From: the human T2T-CHM13v2.0 reference genome, Homo sapiens
Length of the DNA: 64,000 nucleotides
Direction: 5' to 3' (one strand)
Assembly (NCBI RefSeq): GCF_009914755.1
Contig: NC_060929.1
The position numbers were made by a program, and so were the translations under genes. The notes beneath the pieces are model-generated. The model did no database searches, was not told the DNA's origin, and saw nothing but the letters and a program-made list of their open reading frames with translations. Numbering within the stretch: position 1 is the first letter of the stretch; every line of letters starts with the position of its first letter. Below, one piece after another: positions 13,006 through 28,934 of the stretch.

Positions 13006-14343
13006 GGCACCTTATTAAAGAGCTCATGAGAAAGTTGGGATTTTTGTGTAATTTTTAAATGATGTTGAAGTGAAATATGTCTCTTTGACTTGTAATTAAT
13101 CCTACTTATAAGTTTTGTAGCAATATAATATATGTTGAACACTTCAGAATGGTATCATTTCAAATATTTGAGCGGCTCTGTTGTGACCCCAAATTATATT
13201 ATTTAGCCTTGATGTTCACAAGTCTTGCTTCACTTTTTTCTTATGAAATAGTACTCATGCTTCATCACATGTTATTGTTATCCTCTAGATTAAGTCTAAT
13301 TCAGCCAGACAGTGTCATGTTGTACTGGTGCCACTTTCTGGTTGAATTAAATGGCCCTTTATGGTGGAGGATCCATGTACAGAGCATAAAAGGCAAGATA
13401 AAAATAGTAAATATCTGTTGAGATACGACTTTTATACATGATTTAAAATCTGTTCATCACAGTCATAATTGTAGTGGTCAACTAACCCCCACTAGAGATT
13501 TCCCAAGTGAATGATTAGAAAGTAGTATACATTTAATAATTTTATAACTCTACTTTCAACTATAAGACTGTTTAAAATAGGTTTTGTCCTTCTTGATGGA
13601 AGCAAGGGGCAGGCAGAGCAATCAACATAATAAGGGGCCACAGCCTGGAAGACAATCTGATTTTCAAAATCCATCTCACCAGACGAATAGCTTTTACCTA
13701 ATCTCATTCCTGGGGTTTCCTTCAACACAGCAACCATCCCAAATTGAAAAAGTAGGTATTAAAGAAGGTATCCATGAACAGATTGCTTACACTAAAACCA
13801 CATCTGGAGGTAAGGGAAGCTTTCTGCAGTACCAAACAAATTTCAGAAGAGGACATCTCAGTATAATTTCTATTGTGTAAAAGCCATGCCCATTCTCTTG
13901 TAACCTTATCCTTTGTCTCCTGCACAAACCTTTCCTAAACCTATCTCTGAGTCTTCAGGCAAGATGAAATGAGCTAGATTCTGTTCTGTTTGGCTCTTCA
14001 TCAGTGTTCAATTCATTTGCATATAGCTTATGTTTGTAATATCATTATCATATGGAGAGAGCAGCCAGGACTAAAACATAAGGGATGGTAGCTACACAAT
14101 TTAATCCCATTGAAACTCTCTTCTTTATTTAATGAAACTCCCAGTGTGACTCATCTTATTCCATAACCTCCTTGTCCCCTCCTTTCCTGTTCTCTCAACA
14201 TCTGCTTTGAACTCACTAACAACATTTTTTATGCTACTAGATGTAAAACTTTTTGCTTCTTCAATATATTAGATTGCCCTCCTGACAAATACTAAATTAT
14301 AAATAATATATAAGAAAAAATATTTCATTGCTATAATGTTAAG

Positions 14344-14547
14344 AATAATAATCATGGTTAACATTTATGAGCATTTATGAGCTAGGCAGTTTGTTTACAT
14401 GTATTATATGTATCAACTCACTTTCTTCTAACAAGAACCATCATGGAATGTGTCAGTATCGTTCCGTTATAACAAAACTAAGGCTGGCAGAGTTGAAGCC
14501 AAGTTTCAAACCCAGGCAGGCTGACTCCAGAGCTCCTGCTATCAACC
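14344..14547 (-). mobile_element. MIR SINE
   Basis: 'ggttaacatttatgagc' ... 'ttcaaacccaggcaggctgactccagagc'. Confidence 0.7.
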
Positions 14548-15149
14548 TATATAAGAATTATTTTAAACTTTGACCATATCACATATTTTCTAACTTTGTT
14601 TCAAATGCAAAATGATGAACATAAACATATAATCATAATTTCTATTTACCTTTTTTCAATTTATTTCTAAAAATAGTTGAAAAGAAAATAGCTCAAACAA
14701 AACCTTATTGGTACCTAGCTAATCTTCAACAGTGTTACACTGAGCCCTTTCATAAACATGCAACACAAATCATTCATGATCTAAATTCTATTAATAAGGA
14801 AATGTATTGTCATGTATAACAAGGATTATAGCACTCTGGGCATGATTCATGGCTCATCCCTCTTTTTAGCATTTCTTGTGTTTTTGTGCTTTGCTAAGTT
14901 TTTTTTAAAACATCAAGCTGGAAAGGAAATGTCTCCTCCTGTTATAAAAGTCACATTTAAACATGACAATGTTTAGAAAGCTGTTTCTTTCTGGCTTCCC
15001 TATTAGGGCAGAAAGTTTTCCCTGAAGTTAGCCAGTCATGTATTTGTCAAGAAAAATGAGAGTACAATCATTGGCTTAGAACTAAAGCATCTGAGGAGAA
15101 TTAGATGGCAGAGAATTTTTTAAATGAATATAATAATTGGTAAGAGACA

Positions 15150-15328
15150 TATTATATTTAACCAAATCTAAGATACCATTAATTCTAAAACACATTATTT
15201 AAGTGCCACTAAGAAATAAAATATTTTTTCAATTAAACTATGTCCTATCACTGATTATAAGACATCTTCTTATTTCAAAGATATTAAAATGTGAAAAAAG
15301 CACATCTTAGACTCAATGGAATACAGTA
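15150..15328. mobile_element. MER104-like TcMar-Tc2 DNA transposon
   Basis: 'aatctaagataccatt...gccactaagaaa...aattaaactatg...taagacatc...aaaatgtgaaaaaagcacatcttagactcaatggaatacagta'. The ends are near-inverted. Confidence 0.65.
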
Positions 15329-15971
15329 TTATATTACTTTTTTTTTTTTTTTAACAAACGAGAAAACTAAAGTTCCGAAATACCAGCTTTGACAATGCCA
15401 TAGAAACAGAACTTGAACTCAGGTTTGCTTTTTAACTTTACATTCAAAGTTTGCCTCAAAGGGCTTCTTTTTCCTTGGTCTTTTTTCCTCTCTTTATCTA
15501 ACTTCTGAGCCAAAATATGACTTTGATTCTCATTAGAAGGTCCTATGTGTCTTATACCAGCCATATAATCAAAGCAGCCACTGGGAGTTTCCTGTATATA
15601 TACTGTCTGAAGCCAAGCCATGGTTCCGGCTCTCTTTCAGTGAAAGTCTGGTTGGGAATATAAACACACCTGCTCCCCAGAAAGGAAGTTCCAGGTAATG
15701 AGATGTAACAACAGGAGGGAGAAAATCCTACTGATTTAGCAAAACTGAAAATGTCCATCATAACTTCTAGGGTGAAAAAATCTTTAAACACTAATAAAGG
15801 ATATAAGAAACAGAACTTAAGTATACTGTGGATCCATATGGATGCTGGTAGAGTGGCATTTGAAAACAGTAGATGAGAGAAATGAATTCTGAAGTCAGCC
15901 TGTCTTGGTAAAGGAATAACAATTGCTTATTGAAGTGATGGTTGATGTATTGAAGAAGCTAAGTGCTGAGG

Positions 15972-16096
15972 GTCTTAGCTTCTTCACTGAAAAATAAGGA
16001 TAATAACTGGATCACTTCATAGAATTGTTTAGGGAATCAAACAAGCTAAGTGTAAAGAGCATTGTATAGTGTTTTGCACGTAGTAAGACCTCAATA
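15972..16096 (+). mobile_element. MIR SINE fragment
   Basis: 'cttagcttcttcactgaaaaataaggataata...cttcatagaattgtt...gcacgtagtaagacctcaata'. Confidence 0.6.
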
Positions 16097-16267
16097 GTGA
16101 AAAATGATCAAAATGATAAGGACAGACCTTCCTTTGATAGTGCGTAGCATTGTCGCCTCTGTATTCTTCTCACAGTGTTTCTGATCCACTATCATGGAAA
16201 AGAAAAGTTATATTCAGAAGTGAAATTCGTCATTGCAAATATCCAGAATCCTAAGCTGCTAAACATT

Positions 16268-16470
16268 TGACAGACTTGATTTAAAATCCTATATGTCCCA
16301 CCTATAAGCTATGTGACTTAAGGCAATTATTTAACTTTAATATGCCTCATTTTCTTCATCTTTGTAATGAGATAAAATGTGTAACTCTTAAAGTTAGTCT
16401 GAGGTCTAATTGAGGTATCGTATGTAAATCTTCTAGCACAGTACTTTTGACACATAGTAGACATTTAAAA
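16268..16470 (+). mobile_element. MIR SINE
   Basis: MIR core 'gctatgtgacttaaggcaattatttaac...gcctcattttcttcatctttgtaatgagata'. Confidence 0.75.
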
Positions 16471-19269
16471 AAGATCCCACTCAATTTTTCTGTAGAATTG
16501 ACACCGACAAACTTAGACATTTTTTGTTTATCTAATTAAACCTCTCTTGCCTAAAGCACCCAAGATCAAAATGAATAAAAAGCTAATTTCTATTTAAAAA
16601 TGTCTGTTTCTAGGGTAACAACAGTATTTGTTGTACTTTCTCCACAAAATCATATATTGATAATATTGTAGTTTAATTTTAATTTGGGAGATGTGCGTGG
16701 CAATCTGAACACTATTTGTAACATATTTTAGTAGATAAAATTGTATCCTAAATCCTAATACTCTATTTTCGATAAAATGTTGGAGCATTGCCTATTTTTA
16801 ACTTGGAATTCTCCTATACAGTATATAATTTCAAATAAAATACAGCTTATTTGATTTTAATCATGTTATTGTAAGTTTTGATTGTGTATTCTTAGACTTT
16901 ATCCCCATTATCACAATAGTGTGTAGAATTAAATGACCCTCTTAAGAATTCAGTTTGATTCCAACAAAAGAATATTATAATAAAGATGTTGCCATTGAAG
17001 GAAATAAACCAGGTGAAATGAATTTTCTATTTTATGGATTTAAATGAGCTAAAACATTTTTTATTATAGAGTGAGAAGTAAAAATAGAGTCGTGTAGAAG
17101 TGCTAGACATCAAACTAACCTCCCTCGTTAAGCATCTGTGTTTGGAACTACTAAATAATTACTTGGGGATGTAAAATACTGCCCACTTTCACTTTTCCTC
17201 TAAGAGTTTCCCACTTACATCTTCATATTAAAGATGCATTTTTAAGTAGTGAGAAAAGCACAGGCATTTAGGATCTGAATCTCTTAATTCTTATCCTGGT
17301 TCCTGGAAAAGATACACACACACACACACACACGGTGCATATTAAGAGTCACAGACCACGTGTGCAACTCATTACCAAATGAAAGGCCATAAGCTCTTTA
17401 TAAGCAGTAGTGAAATTGTGATCACTGCTTGATTATCCATGGCATTAGTATTGGACGGTGGGTATTGACAGATATGACACTACAATGGATTTTCCAGGGA
17501 GAAAGCTTTATTAATAGTGTAGCCAAACATAATGAAAGCTCATGAAGTTTACTCCCCATGCTGTTTCTATTCATCTGTTCACTACAAAGCTAGAGTCAAA
17601 TATCTTATGCCTAAATTTGTAAACTTTTTAATATCATTTTCCCTCCATCCAAAGCCAATTCTAGCTGGTAAGGATCTATCCAGATAAATCATAAATATTT
17701 CCTTTGCAACTCTTTAGAAAACATTGCTTCTAATAAAATACACTGCACAATTATCTCACACCATCAAGGAAGTCCTCTGGTGAAACTGAGCATACAGATT
17801 CCTGGATGGGATAAAGGTTATTATTTCTAAATACTTGTGGAAATGTTTTGTACATATATTTCTTCTTGTTTAAAGTGTCCTTTTCCTACCACCATTCAAC
17901 CATATTGAATTTTGCTGGCTTCAATCTTTCTTTCTCCATGATTGTTCCCTTTTTTTTTTTTTGACAACTTCCTCCTCCATTTATTATTTGTAACCTGTTA
18001 TTAACCTATATAACATAAGGTTAATTCATCCATTTACCAATTGTTTGTTGCATGCTCACCATGTGAGTTGCCCAGGTTTCTCAGTATTGTAGATAACGTA
18101 CAGTGTAGACAGTATAGATAGAAAAGGACTCAAACTCAAAACACTGACATGTTCACCCCAGGACTTGCTCTGGCATAGTCCCTGCTACCAGAGTAAAAAT
18201 CGCTACATGATCAGATAGCTATCTCATTTTCACCTTTCGTGTTCTCTGTTCAAATAGCCTCTCCACCCAACCTCAAATATTCCCCTTCAGCACATTCAGA
18301 TGTTTCCATCTTGGTCCCAGCCGATTTTGCTACCTCCTACTCCACTCTAATTTTTTTACATTTCCAGCAAGTGGCATGGCCCATACTTTGCAGGAGTCTA
18401 AGAACTTAAGCTGCAGACACTATCTCTGTTTATCCTCCATCAAGCTCACTGTCTTCTCATCAACAATAATGGACTTTCTCTGTCTCCTTCATAGTCTGGA
18501 CCAGTCACCCTAAGCGCATCAGTATGCACTCGTAGAGCAGATTCTCAGCTCAACATTTATACACGGACACTCTGGACATCTGGAATATTCCATTTACCTT
18601 TTGAAATTGTTGAAAAAAAAGCTTAGCTTTTAGACAGGCTTTGAGGGTGCTTTTGATATGAATCTGATTGAATAAACATTTGTTTTCCTTGGTTTTACTT
18701 TTGACCCTAAAGAAGTTAAAAAAAAAGAAAAAGGAAGTCATGTAATAGATTTAATAATAGATGTTCCATTTAAGATACCTTGAAATGTCCTCTACTGGGA
18801 TCTAGTATCTTGATATAAACTAGAAAATACTCTTTACAAAAACTTCATAGACTTCTGATTATGTAATATCTGTGGGTTCTTCACAAGTACTTATTTCCTG
18901 AATTCCTATGAATTACTTAACTGTAACCTACAAAAGCTAAAATTAGCATTTCTAACTTAATTTTCTTGAATAGTCTAACTAGCTCCCATGCTTTGTCATT
19001 ATTGAAAAATTGATACTGCATTTTTACACAGTAGCTAATGAGAATTCCTACAACATTCCCATTTTCATGAAGCGCATTTGGTCATTCATGCGCCTTTGGC
19101 ATTGTTTTAGGTTCAGCGTGATTTTCAAATGTAACTTCTTAAATTTTGATTCTATTAGTTGAGTTTCACCATTCTCTGTTTATTTTGCTGCTTGGTGCTC
19201 CATTACCTCATGCCACACAGTGAGGCATCTATGTATTACTTGTTTTAATAAATAAATAACAGCAAAAGG

Positions 19270-19515
19270 CAATAACAACTATAAACTAGCATTTTCTTGA
19301 GAACTTACCATGTGCCAGGTACATTGTTAAGCACTTGATATGGATTCCAGAATGTAATTTTACAAAACCATCTGAAAATGGTACTGTCACTACCCCCAGT
19401 GTAGGGCTGTGAATAACTGAGGCTTTAGGATTAAATCATGAGTCTCAGCAGACCTAGATAGGAAATCCTAGAGGCCAGGGAGTCTGATTCCAGAGTCAGA
19501 GCTCTGAATCACTGT
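19270..19515 (-). mobile_element. MIR SINE
   Basis: 'cttaccatgtgccaggtac', 'aactgaggct', 'gtctgattccagagtc'. Confidence 0.7.
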
Positions 19516-20289
19516 TAAAATAAAATGTTGAGACATGTAGGCGTTAGTGTTCAAAAATTAACCACAGGTTGTTACTAATCTCTGTCGTTAGTGCAGATAT
19601 AACCACACCTCCCTCCCAGTCTTCTTGTACAGTGACATTTTACTGCAAATACTCTTTTCTACTGTAAGGGGCACAACATCCAATACATGCTGTGGTATCC
19701 CAACTTTGTGATGGTTGAGTATTGGATGAATGGGAAAGCAGGAATGGATGGGATATGAAGTGTTTTCCCTGACTAAAGTCAAAAGTTTAAGACTATGGTA
19801 TCTTCAGTGATACAGTACAACACTTAACAGGTGTGACCTGTAGCTATTTATGACTTGGCCCATCTTTTCTAAACACTTCTCTCACCCTAATCCTCAATAT
19901 TAGAAATGCAGCAGAGCACAAACCCAGTCCTTCTCTCCTTGTCATCTGTAATTCCTCAGCCTGCACTGTCTTCTTCATAAAATGGATACGTGTCCTGAGG
20001 ACACAAAATATTTTAAATTCTTTTGTTGGGTATTTCTTCAGGCTTTCTACATATATCAATCAATGTATTGATTAATTGAAAGCTATTTCTCAGAAGCTGT
20101 AATTCTAATAATGATACTAAGAACAATAATAAATCATAGAGCATTACTAGAAAGATAAATACAAGTGAAACACACAGCCAACCATCCCCAGACAAGTCTG
20201 AATCTCATTGGAAAGAAAAATTCCTTGAAAAAATGTTCCTTTCAGATGTTTTCAAGCATCCTCTTAAAAGTAGAAGTGTCAGTCTAACT

Positions 20290-20460
20290 CAATGTTTCTC
20301 AACTCTGGGTCACCTGGGGAAGCACCAGCATGCGCTGATGCTCCCGGGAAAGCAGATTCTCTGCTGCTGGACCCCCAGGCTGTCAGACGCCCAGCTGTGG
20401 TAAGTTTCAGAAGTTCCTCAAGTGGTTCTAATATGGAGCCAGGCTTGCAAAACTGTGCTA
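20290..20460. mobile_element. MER5-like hAT-Charlie remnant
   Basis: 'caatgtttctcaac...cacctgggga...agattct...ctcaagtggttctaatatggagccaggcttgcaaaactg'. Confidence 0.55.
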
Positions 20461-21615
20461 CTACATATGTGTGAACAGATAGATTGAATGACTGAGGGAA
20501 AGAGAGGTTTTGTTTGATAACTGCGTTGAATGGAAAATAGCTATTTTCCCCCCACAGCCCTTCTTTTTAACCAAAACTATTGATATTCTTAACCTCATGG
20601 CTATGAAAGAATGGTCACAAATATTTTTCACATTCCCCTCAAGATGACTTTATTTCACTTGACTTTTTGTTTTTTACTTACTTAACCTCTGCTCACGAGA
20701 AGCTAAATTAGAAAACAGTTGTATGTTAGAAGTTTAAAAACTGTTTAGAAAACGGCAAAGCATTTTTCCCAGGACCCTTCATTACAGCTTACTAAGAGCC
20801 CTAGATTTTGTGTGGGGTGAAAGAGTAGATTAATCAGTCTATAAGATCATTTATTTTTTATCCTTTCTCTGGAGGCTATCGGCAAGGGCACCTATGTAGG
20901 AAGCTTATTTTTGTAAAGTGAACAATTGTTCTTTAGGAATGAAATTCTATTCCACTGACAAAAGATGTGAGAAAGCTCAGGGTGCCCCTTGAACTGTCTG
21001 ACACTTCACACAAAAGGTAAATCTGCTAAAAATATTTTTTTAAATACTTGAAATTCTCTCCCAACATTTTCTAAAGTGCCGAAGAATGAGAAATCAACTT
21101 CTGGAAAAAGATAGAAAGAACAGAAAGGCTAACAAGCCTCACAAGAAGGCAATCTTCTGAAAAGAATAAAAAAAAGCTAGTTCTCTAAAATAGAAGAACA
21201 TTATTCCTTCAAAGAAAATGTCTCAAAGCGTCCTTAAAAAATATCAGTCCCTGTTAAAAGCAAATTGTGTCACTTTTATCGAAGTAACCACAGATTTGTC
21301 AATTTTGTAAATGGCTTGGTTGGGTCATCCAATTTGATACCTGTGGGGATTTCACCATCAGGCATTCTTATCAATTTTTTAATAAATTCCACAGATTGAG
21401 AATGGTAAATAATAAATGATATAGAGCTTGCAAAGTCAATATTTAACTTAACATAGAATCAGGGAAACTAACACTATACATATACATAATTTTATGGTTT
21501 GAGTTTAAAGAAATCAGGGTCTTTATCATAAAAACTGAAAAGTATAAAAAAGAGATAGGATATTAAGAGCCATGAAATAAATCACATACCTCATAAGGCT
21601 ATAAGACACAAGTGG

Positions 21616-21983
<368 letters not shown>

Positions 21984-22858
21984 TTATTGTTAGAATTGGA
22001 ATATACCAAAGAACACCATTAATATTTAACCAACATGGCTTTTCCAAAATGGTTATTTTGGAAAATAGTGGCAAGTCCTTTAAATAATTAAGTACAAACT
22101 TATTTGCAAACAAGTAGAAATAAAGCTAATTATTAAATATGAAGACACAGTTTGGAGGAAAACATTCTAGTAAGATCATAGTAACTGCACTTTAAAAATG
22201 CTGATATCTGCCCACTTTTGGTATAAATTTTGGTTTTACTTATGATGAAAACATCAAAGCATAGGGAAGTTAAGTTACCCGTCAGTTTCGTGCTACTGAA
22301 TCCATAAAATGGGGATTTTTCATGTTAAATGTGTTTTCTTCCGCTACCTAGTTTTATTGGAGGAACACAGGTGGCATCGATTTAAATATTACATATTTGA
22401 CTACTGTGATTACTAACCTCAACCAATCAGCAAACTACATCCAAAACTATAAGGACTCCTAGGCAAGCAAGCACAAAATGTGTAAAGAGCTATGAACAGT
22501 CTAATGAAATTAAGACATTGGTATAAAAGTAATTTTATTATTAGCTCCTGGGGAGAAGATACCCTATCCTAATGTTGCTTGAATTGTTTGTTCTCATAAA
22601 TCTCAGTTTTGAGAAGCATGACTTCCTTTTCTTAAAACTGTATGCATCTCTGTCGTTATTCCAGATAGTTTTTTAAGTTGAACAGTTTTAGAAATTTAGA
22701 AATAAAGAGTCTCCCTGATAAAAATTAGAGTCCATTAAAACAGAATGGGGAAAACAGACTTGTAAGATTAATGGCTTCTGAAGATAATTTTAAATGCAAG
22801 AAGGATTGACCATCCACATATTGGTTGAAATCATGAATAGATGAAGGCAGGATGTGTA

Positions 22859-24362
<1,504 letters not shown>

Positions 24363-24994
24363 TAAGCAGATATCCAACTGGATGGGCCCTTCAAGGCTTA
24401 GTACTTCTGCCAAATGTACTCTGTTCCCTATCTAATTGGTCCAGGCCCCTATCCTCTGATAATGTTTTCTTTCGCCTCAGTAAGATGTACACCCTCTGTT
24501 TGCTCTGACATTTAACCTCTGCAACCCAATACCATAAATCTATTGGTAAGAGTTTTATGTACCACAATGGACTAGTGATTAAGAAAGTCTTTATCACATA
24601 AATGTTGTGTAGTGCCTCACACATCATATAAATGTAGGTAGCTGCCTATAGCCTGTACATATAACTGGTCCTGTCCAGGGTTTGTGGCAAGAAACTACAG
24701 AGGAATTATGCAAAATTTGGATTAGTGAAATACGGTCAAAGAAAAGGTTTACATAACTACATATATGTAAAACTAGACAAACGTAGCTACCAAGTACTTT
24801 GGAGTAAAATCTCTTAGTGGCAGATATACATTTACTTCCCAGCTAGTATCTTCTGCATTTTTTGAGTCAACAACAAGGTGAAATTTAGAATCCAAACCAC
24901 CAAGTCAATGCATAAAGTAAGTCAATAAGTTGGCATTAAGTGAATGGTTTCAGTAGACATTCAGAAACAAAGGAATTTTTTGGCAGTTAAACTA

Positions 24995-25485
24995 GATCAC
25001 CCTTGTCCTCAGTTTTAAATCCTGCAATGGTTTTCATTGCACTAAAAGTAAAAGCCAAACTCCAAGACCTGACCAACAGGTCTCTTGCCTGCTTTTCTGA
25101 CATTATATCCTATCATCTCCTTCCTTCTCCACCTCCATACCCAGGTCTCCTCCGTCCCATAGCAAGACAGTGGTTCTAGTTGCTGAGTACTTAGAGCTCC
25201 TGTTTCTTATTCCTGAACAGCATCCCGTTTTTCAGGTCTCACCTCAAATCCCAAGTCCCAAAAGGGCCTTGCCAAAGCAGTCTCCTCTATTGCTATCACA
25301 TAACAGTCATTTCTTTATAGCATTTATCTCCACATAAAAATGTCTTGTTTATTTGTTTACATGATTACTCCTGTTTCTTTTCTCTAGAATGTAAGTTCAA
25401 GTCCACTGATTTGGCCAATTTTATCTTGTTCTTTATTGTAACGTGGCTTGCAACAGTGTAGGTGCCTAATTCATATTTACTGATT
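24995..25485 (+). mobile_element. L2 LINE 3' fragment
   Basis: 'tcctgcaatggttttcattgcactaaaagtaaaagccaaactcc', 'ctagaatgtaagttc', 'gtaggtgcctaattcatatttactga'. Confidence 0.7.
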
Positions 25486-25571
25486 TAATCTACTTTTTAA
25501 TTTCATATATGCAATTATCAAACATGTATATGGCATTAGTCTGCCCCAGGCATGTTTCTCAACCTCTTATA

Positions 25572-25712
25572 ACTAACATAACAGTCTTATGAGGTAGGCC
25601 TGAGAAGTATGCCCATTTACAGATGAAGAAATTGGAGCATAGGGAAGTGAAGTTACCCACCAACGTCAGAAAGCTGGTGAGGCAAAGCAGAGCTTCGAAC
25701 CTGGACAGTCAT
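25572..25712 (-). mobile_element. MIR SINE
   Basis: 'tatgaggtagg...cccatttacagatgaagaaattggagcatagggaagtgaagt...ttcgaacctggacagtc'. Confidence 0.75.
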
Positions 25713-27065
25713 GCATGTATTACGGTCTGTGTTATGAGTACAACAGCGTGCCAACGTTGATGTAAGCTATTAAGACAATCATAGGCACAGAGAAGACCTG
25801 CAAGGTTTAGGATAGAGCCACAACACAGTCTATAGGTGGAGAAGGTGGCTGGTTTTCAAAAAGTTTCAGAATGTATACAGGCATTAATTCTGTGGCTTCT
25901 CTTAAAGCAGTTTCCCCTTGCATTTTAGTCTTCAGCTGTTGGACTCTTGCTTGTTTTCTATATTCTGTTTTCCTGACCTAGTGTCTGAGTGATGGTGTTT
26001 TATTCAGGGAAGGGAAGGGAAAAACATCTTAAATTAGCATTTTTTAAATTATGCTTGATGAACAATAGTGTCCCATGATATCTAGATAGGCGTTCCTACC
26101 CTCCCTGCCAAAATGTTTCTGTAGTAAGAAAAAAAAAAAAAAAACAAAGTATGACTACAGAGAAGTAAAAGGGCAGAAATAAGAATATTTTGTAATACAT
26201 ACGAGAAAAAAACTAATATGAGTAAATTGTCCCCAATTTGTGAAGCCATATGATGTTTACAAAATGTTGTTTTTATATATTTCCAAGGTCTTTTATATTT
26301 ATTAGGATGCTTCAGGCTAAATTGAATTTTGAGCGTTAAATGAGATGCCAAGTGACTAATTCTCTAAATTTTTGAAGAAATGAGAGCTGCATTTAAAAAT
26401 ATTTTAAAAGCATTTTTATTCCCATGTTATTATGCTACTTTTTCCTACTTCACCCAAATAGTGGATGCTGATTTGCAGGGTTCTTGTGATGCAAGTTTCC
26501 ACCTCTTCATTAAGAAAATGCAAATGACTCTAATAGCATTTTCTCTGTGGTCCTGCTTTGCCAGGGCTCCTAAAGAGACTCAGCTGAAATCTAAGATAAA
26601 CGCCCAACACTACAGGCTGCAGAGCCGGCATTTTATATAAGGGAGACTTACATAGACTATCACCTAAAGTTTAGCTTTTCAACACAGTTATTAATCAGCC
26701 TGTTGTGATCCTAGTATTTCTGAATGACACTATTTTCTGTAAGCCAAGCAACCTACACCAAATTAGGAATGGGGACAAGGGGGTGGACAAGATATCAAAC
26801 ACGGCCGGAAAACGAATGACCCCTGGAAAACCTGTGAGCTAACCTGAACGCTTGAAATTTTCAAAATGATCAACAGTTGATGTGTGTGTGTTTTGTTGTT
26901 TCTGCTGTTCTCTTTCCTTTTCTTCTCCTTCTTCTTCCATTTTACTTCTCCTGTTCTTTACTTGCCAAGTTTCTCATCTGCCTTGTCTATTTTTCCATAC
27001 AAATCAGTGGCATGATAGTATCTGTTTTAATATCATCTTCCACTTATTATTTAAATACTCTCTTC

Positions 27066-27447
27066 CTAAGGAGACAGGGCGTGGAGTCCTAATATGTTAA
27101 CAACAATGAGGAAAGGGCTCCAAGGTGGGGGAGAACAATTGTTCTAAGAAATGGCTAACCACAAAACAAACTGCTTGTACAGCATCCTGTTCCCAAATAC
27201 CTCTTTCTGCAGGTAGCCCCAGCAGAACGACTCTACCTGCACCTAGCCTCTCCAGCATAACCCTATAAAACTTACCTGCAAGCCCTGCCTCTTGGCAAAC
27301 AGCCTTCTCTCTGCTGTGTTGCCCACTGCTCTCTTAAAACATATCTTCGTATTTTCTCTAATCAATCTGCCTTTATTTACCCACGACTGTTTTGGTAAAT
27401 TCTTTCACCTCCCACGACGGCGACCCCAGCCAGTCACACCCATGACA
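27066..27447 (+). mobile_element. Solo ERV LTR, LTR47-like
   Basis: LTR layout: TATA 'ccctataaaactt', degenerate polyA 'tctaatcaatctgcc', terminal 'tgaca'. Motif 'gagaacaattgttct'. Family name is from recall. Confidence 0.65.
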
Positions 27448-28349
27448 TAGAGGATATATTTATTTGAGTTCATACTATAAACCAAAATAGAAATTGGAAT
27501 TTTCTATTTATAAAATTTCAACTTTGATGAGGAAAACAGAGTGTGAGCAAAATTCCAGTACGTCATCCTTGTCGCTATGTTTTAAGGAGAGAAATAGTTT
27601 TAAGCAAACACTTAGAGTCTATTTGCCCAATTAAAATTGCTCTATTGTTTTTATATTTGAATGCCTCAGGGTGGAATCTAAATTATTTTAAAGTTTACTT
27701 TTTTTCTGTGTCCTCCTATAGTTTGCCCATCGGTAATCTTCTTTGACAGTCTTTATTTTCCCTTCTAATTCCTATTAGTATTGTGTTTGTTTTTCTCCCT
27801 CATTTGTATCACCATCTCCTTTTTTTTTTTTTTTTAACTTCTTGGCATCTGTTGAGATAACTGCACTACAATCATAATCTGTGTCACAATAATTACTTGA
27901 TAGGTATTTCTCCATGGATATTTATGTTAGAAATGCTTAGGATCCAAACAAAATGAACCAGCAGCATCTATTGTAGAACCTCTCCTGTGATCTCTCTGAT
28001 TTAGTGGTGGGAGAAATTTGGGCTGGCTTAATTAACTGAAAGAGAGGGCAAGTGAGGCAGAGTGTCATGTGATCTGAATCAAACCTTTGTATTTAAATGA
28101 CATATACAGCTAGCAAATGCAGATGGAGAAAATATGTGGAATTCTATCACCATCAACAGATATATGGTGGATTACTAGGAGGACTAGGAAGTGTTATAAT
28201 ATCATGAAAATATTATTCACATGTATTCTTTCAATATACCATGACCAACAGCCTATCTGACCAGGTGCTTGTTTTTTCTTCTTCAAAAATATTACAGGGA
28301 AATGAATCAATTCATAATAAGTGGACAAGTGGCTTCATCATGGCAAATT

Positions 28350-28480
28350 TGAATTTTCTCACCATAAAATAATAACCAGGCTCTCTTCATAGATTTTGTA
28401 CAAGGATTAAATGAAATTATACATGTAAAACCCTTAGAACAGTGCCAAGAACATGATAATTAAATATATACTTGTTATTA
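28350..28480 (+). mobile_element. MIR SINE 3' part
   Basis: 'aggattaaatgaaattatacatgtaaaacccttagaacagtgcc'. Confidence 0.7.
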
Positions 28481-28934
28481 TTACTAATTGATATTTATAT
28501 CAAAATATATTAGGTCATGTGAAAGATCCAGAAATGTGTGGAACTGGCCCTGCCCTTAAGATGTTCTGAATCAAGTTGGGAAATATAGTGTAAATTGCAG
28601 AGTACTGGTCAGCATGAAATTAACTGCTAAATCATATGACAGGAAGTATAAATACTGGATAAGATTAGAGGTAGAAATATGCATTAGGGATAGTGTCATT
28701 ATGGAAGACAGTTGTACCTAAAACAAACATTTTCAAGAGTTCTAAATTATATACTCAATAACAAAAAACTTATATCCTCATATTTAATGTTTCCCATTAT
28801 GTCTGCCATGATGTACCCTTCATTCCTCCCATATATGCATCTTCTAAATCCAACCCATCATTCAGGACTATTATTGTATAGTGTAATAATTGTTCCCACC
28901 TCATAATAATTGCTCCCAACTCCATAGCCATGAA

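Noticed and set aside
20532-20549. 18-bp perfect palindrome GGAAAATAGCTATTTTCC (similar short stems at 22040-22065 and 47741-47759)
   Set aside because: A few 8-11-bp stems are expected by chance in 64 kb of AT-rich DNA, and there is no other support.
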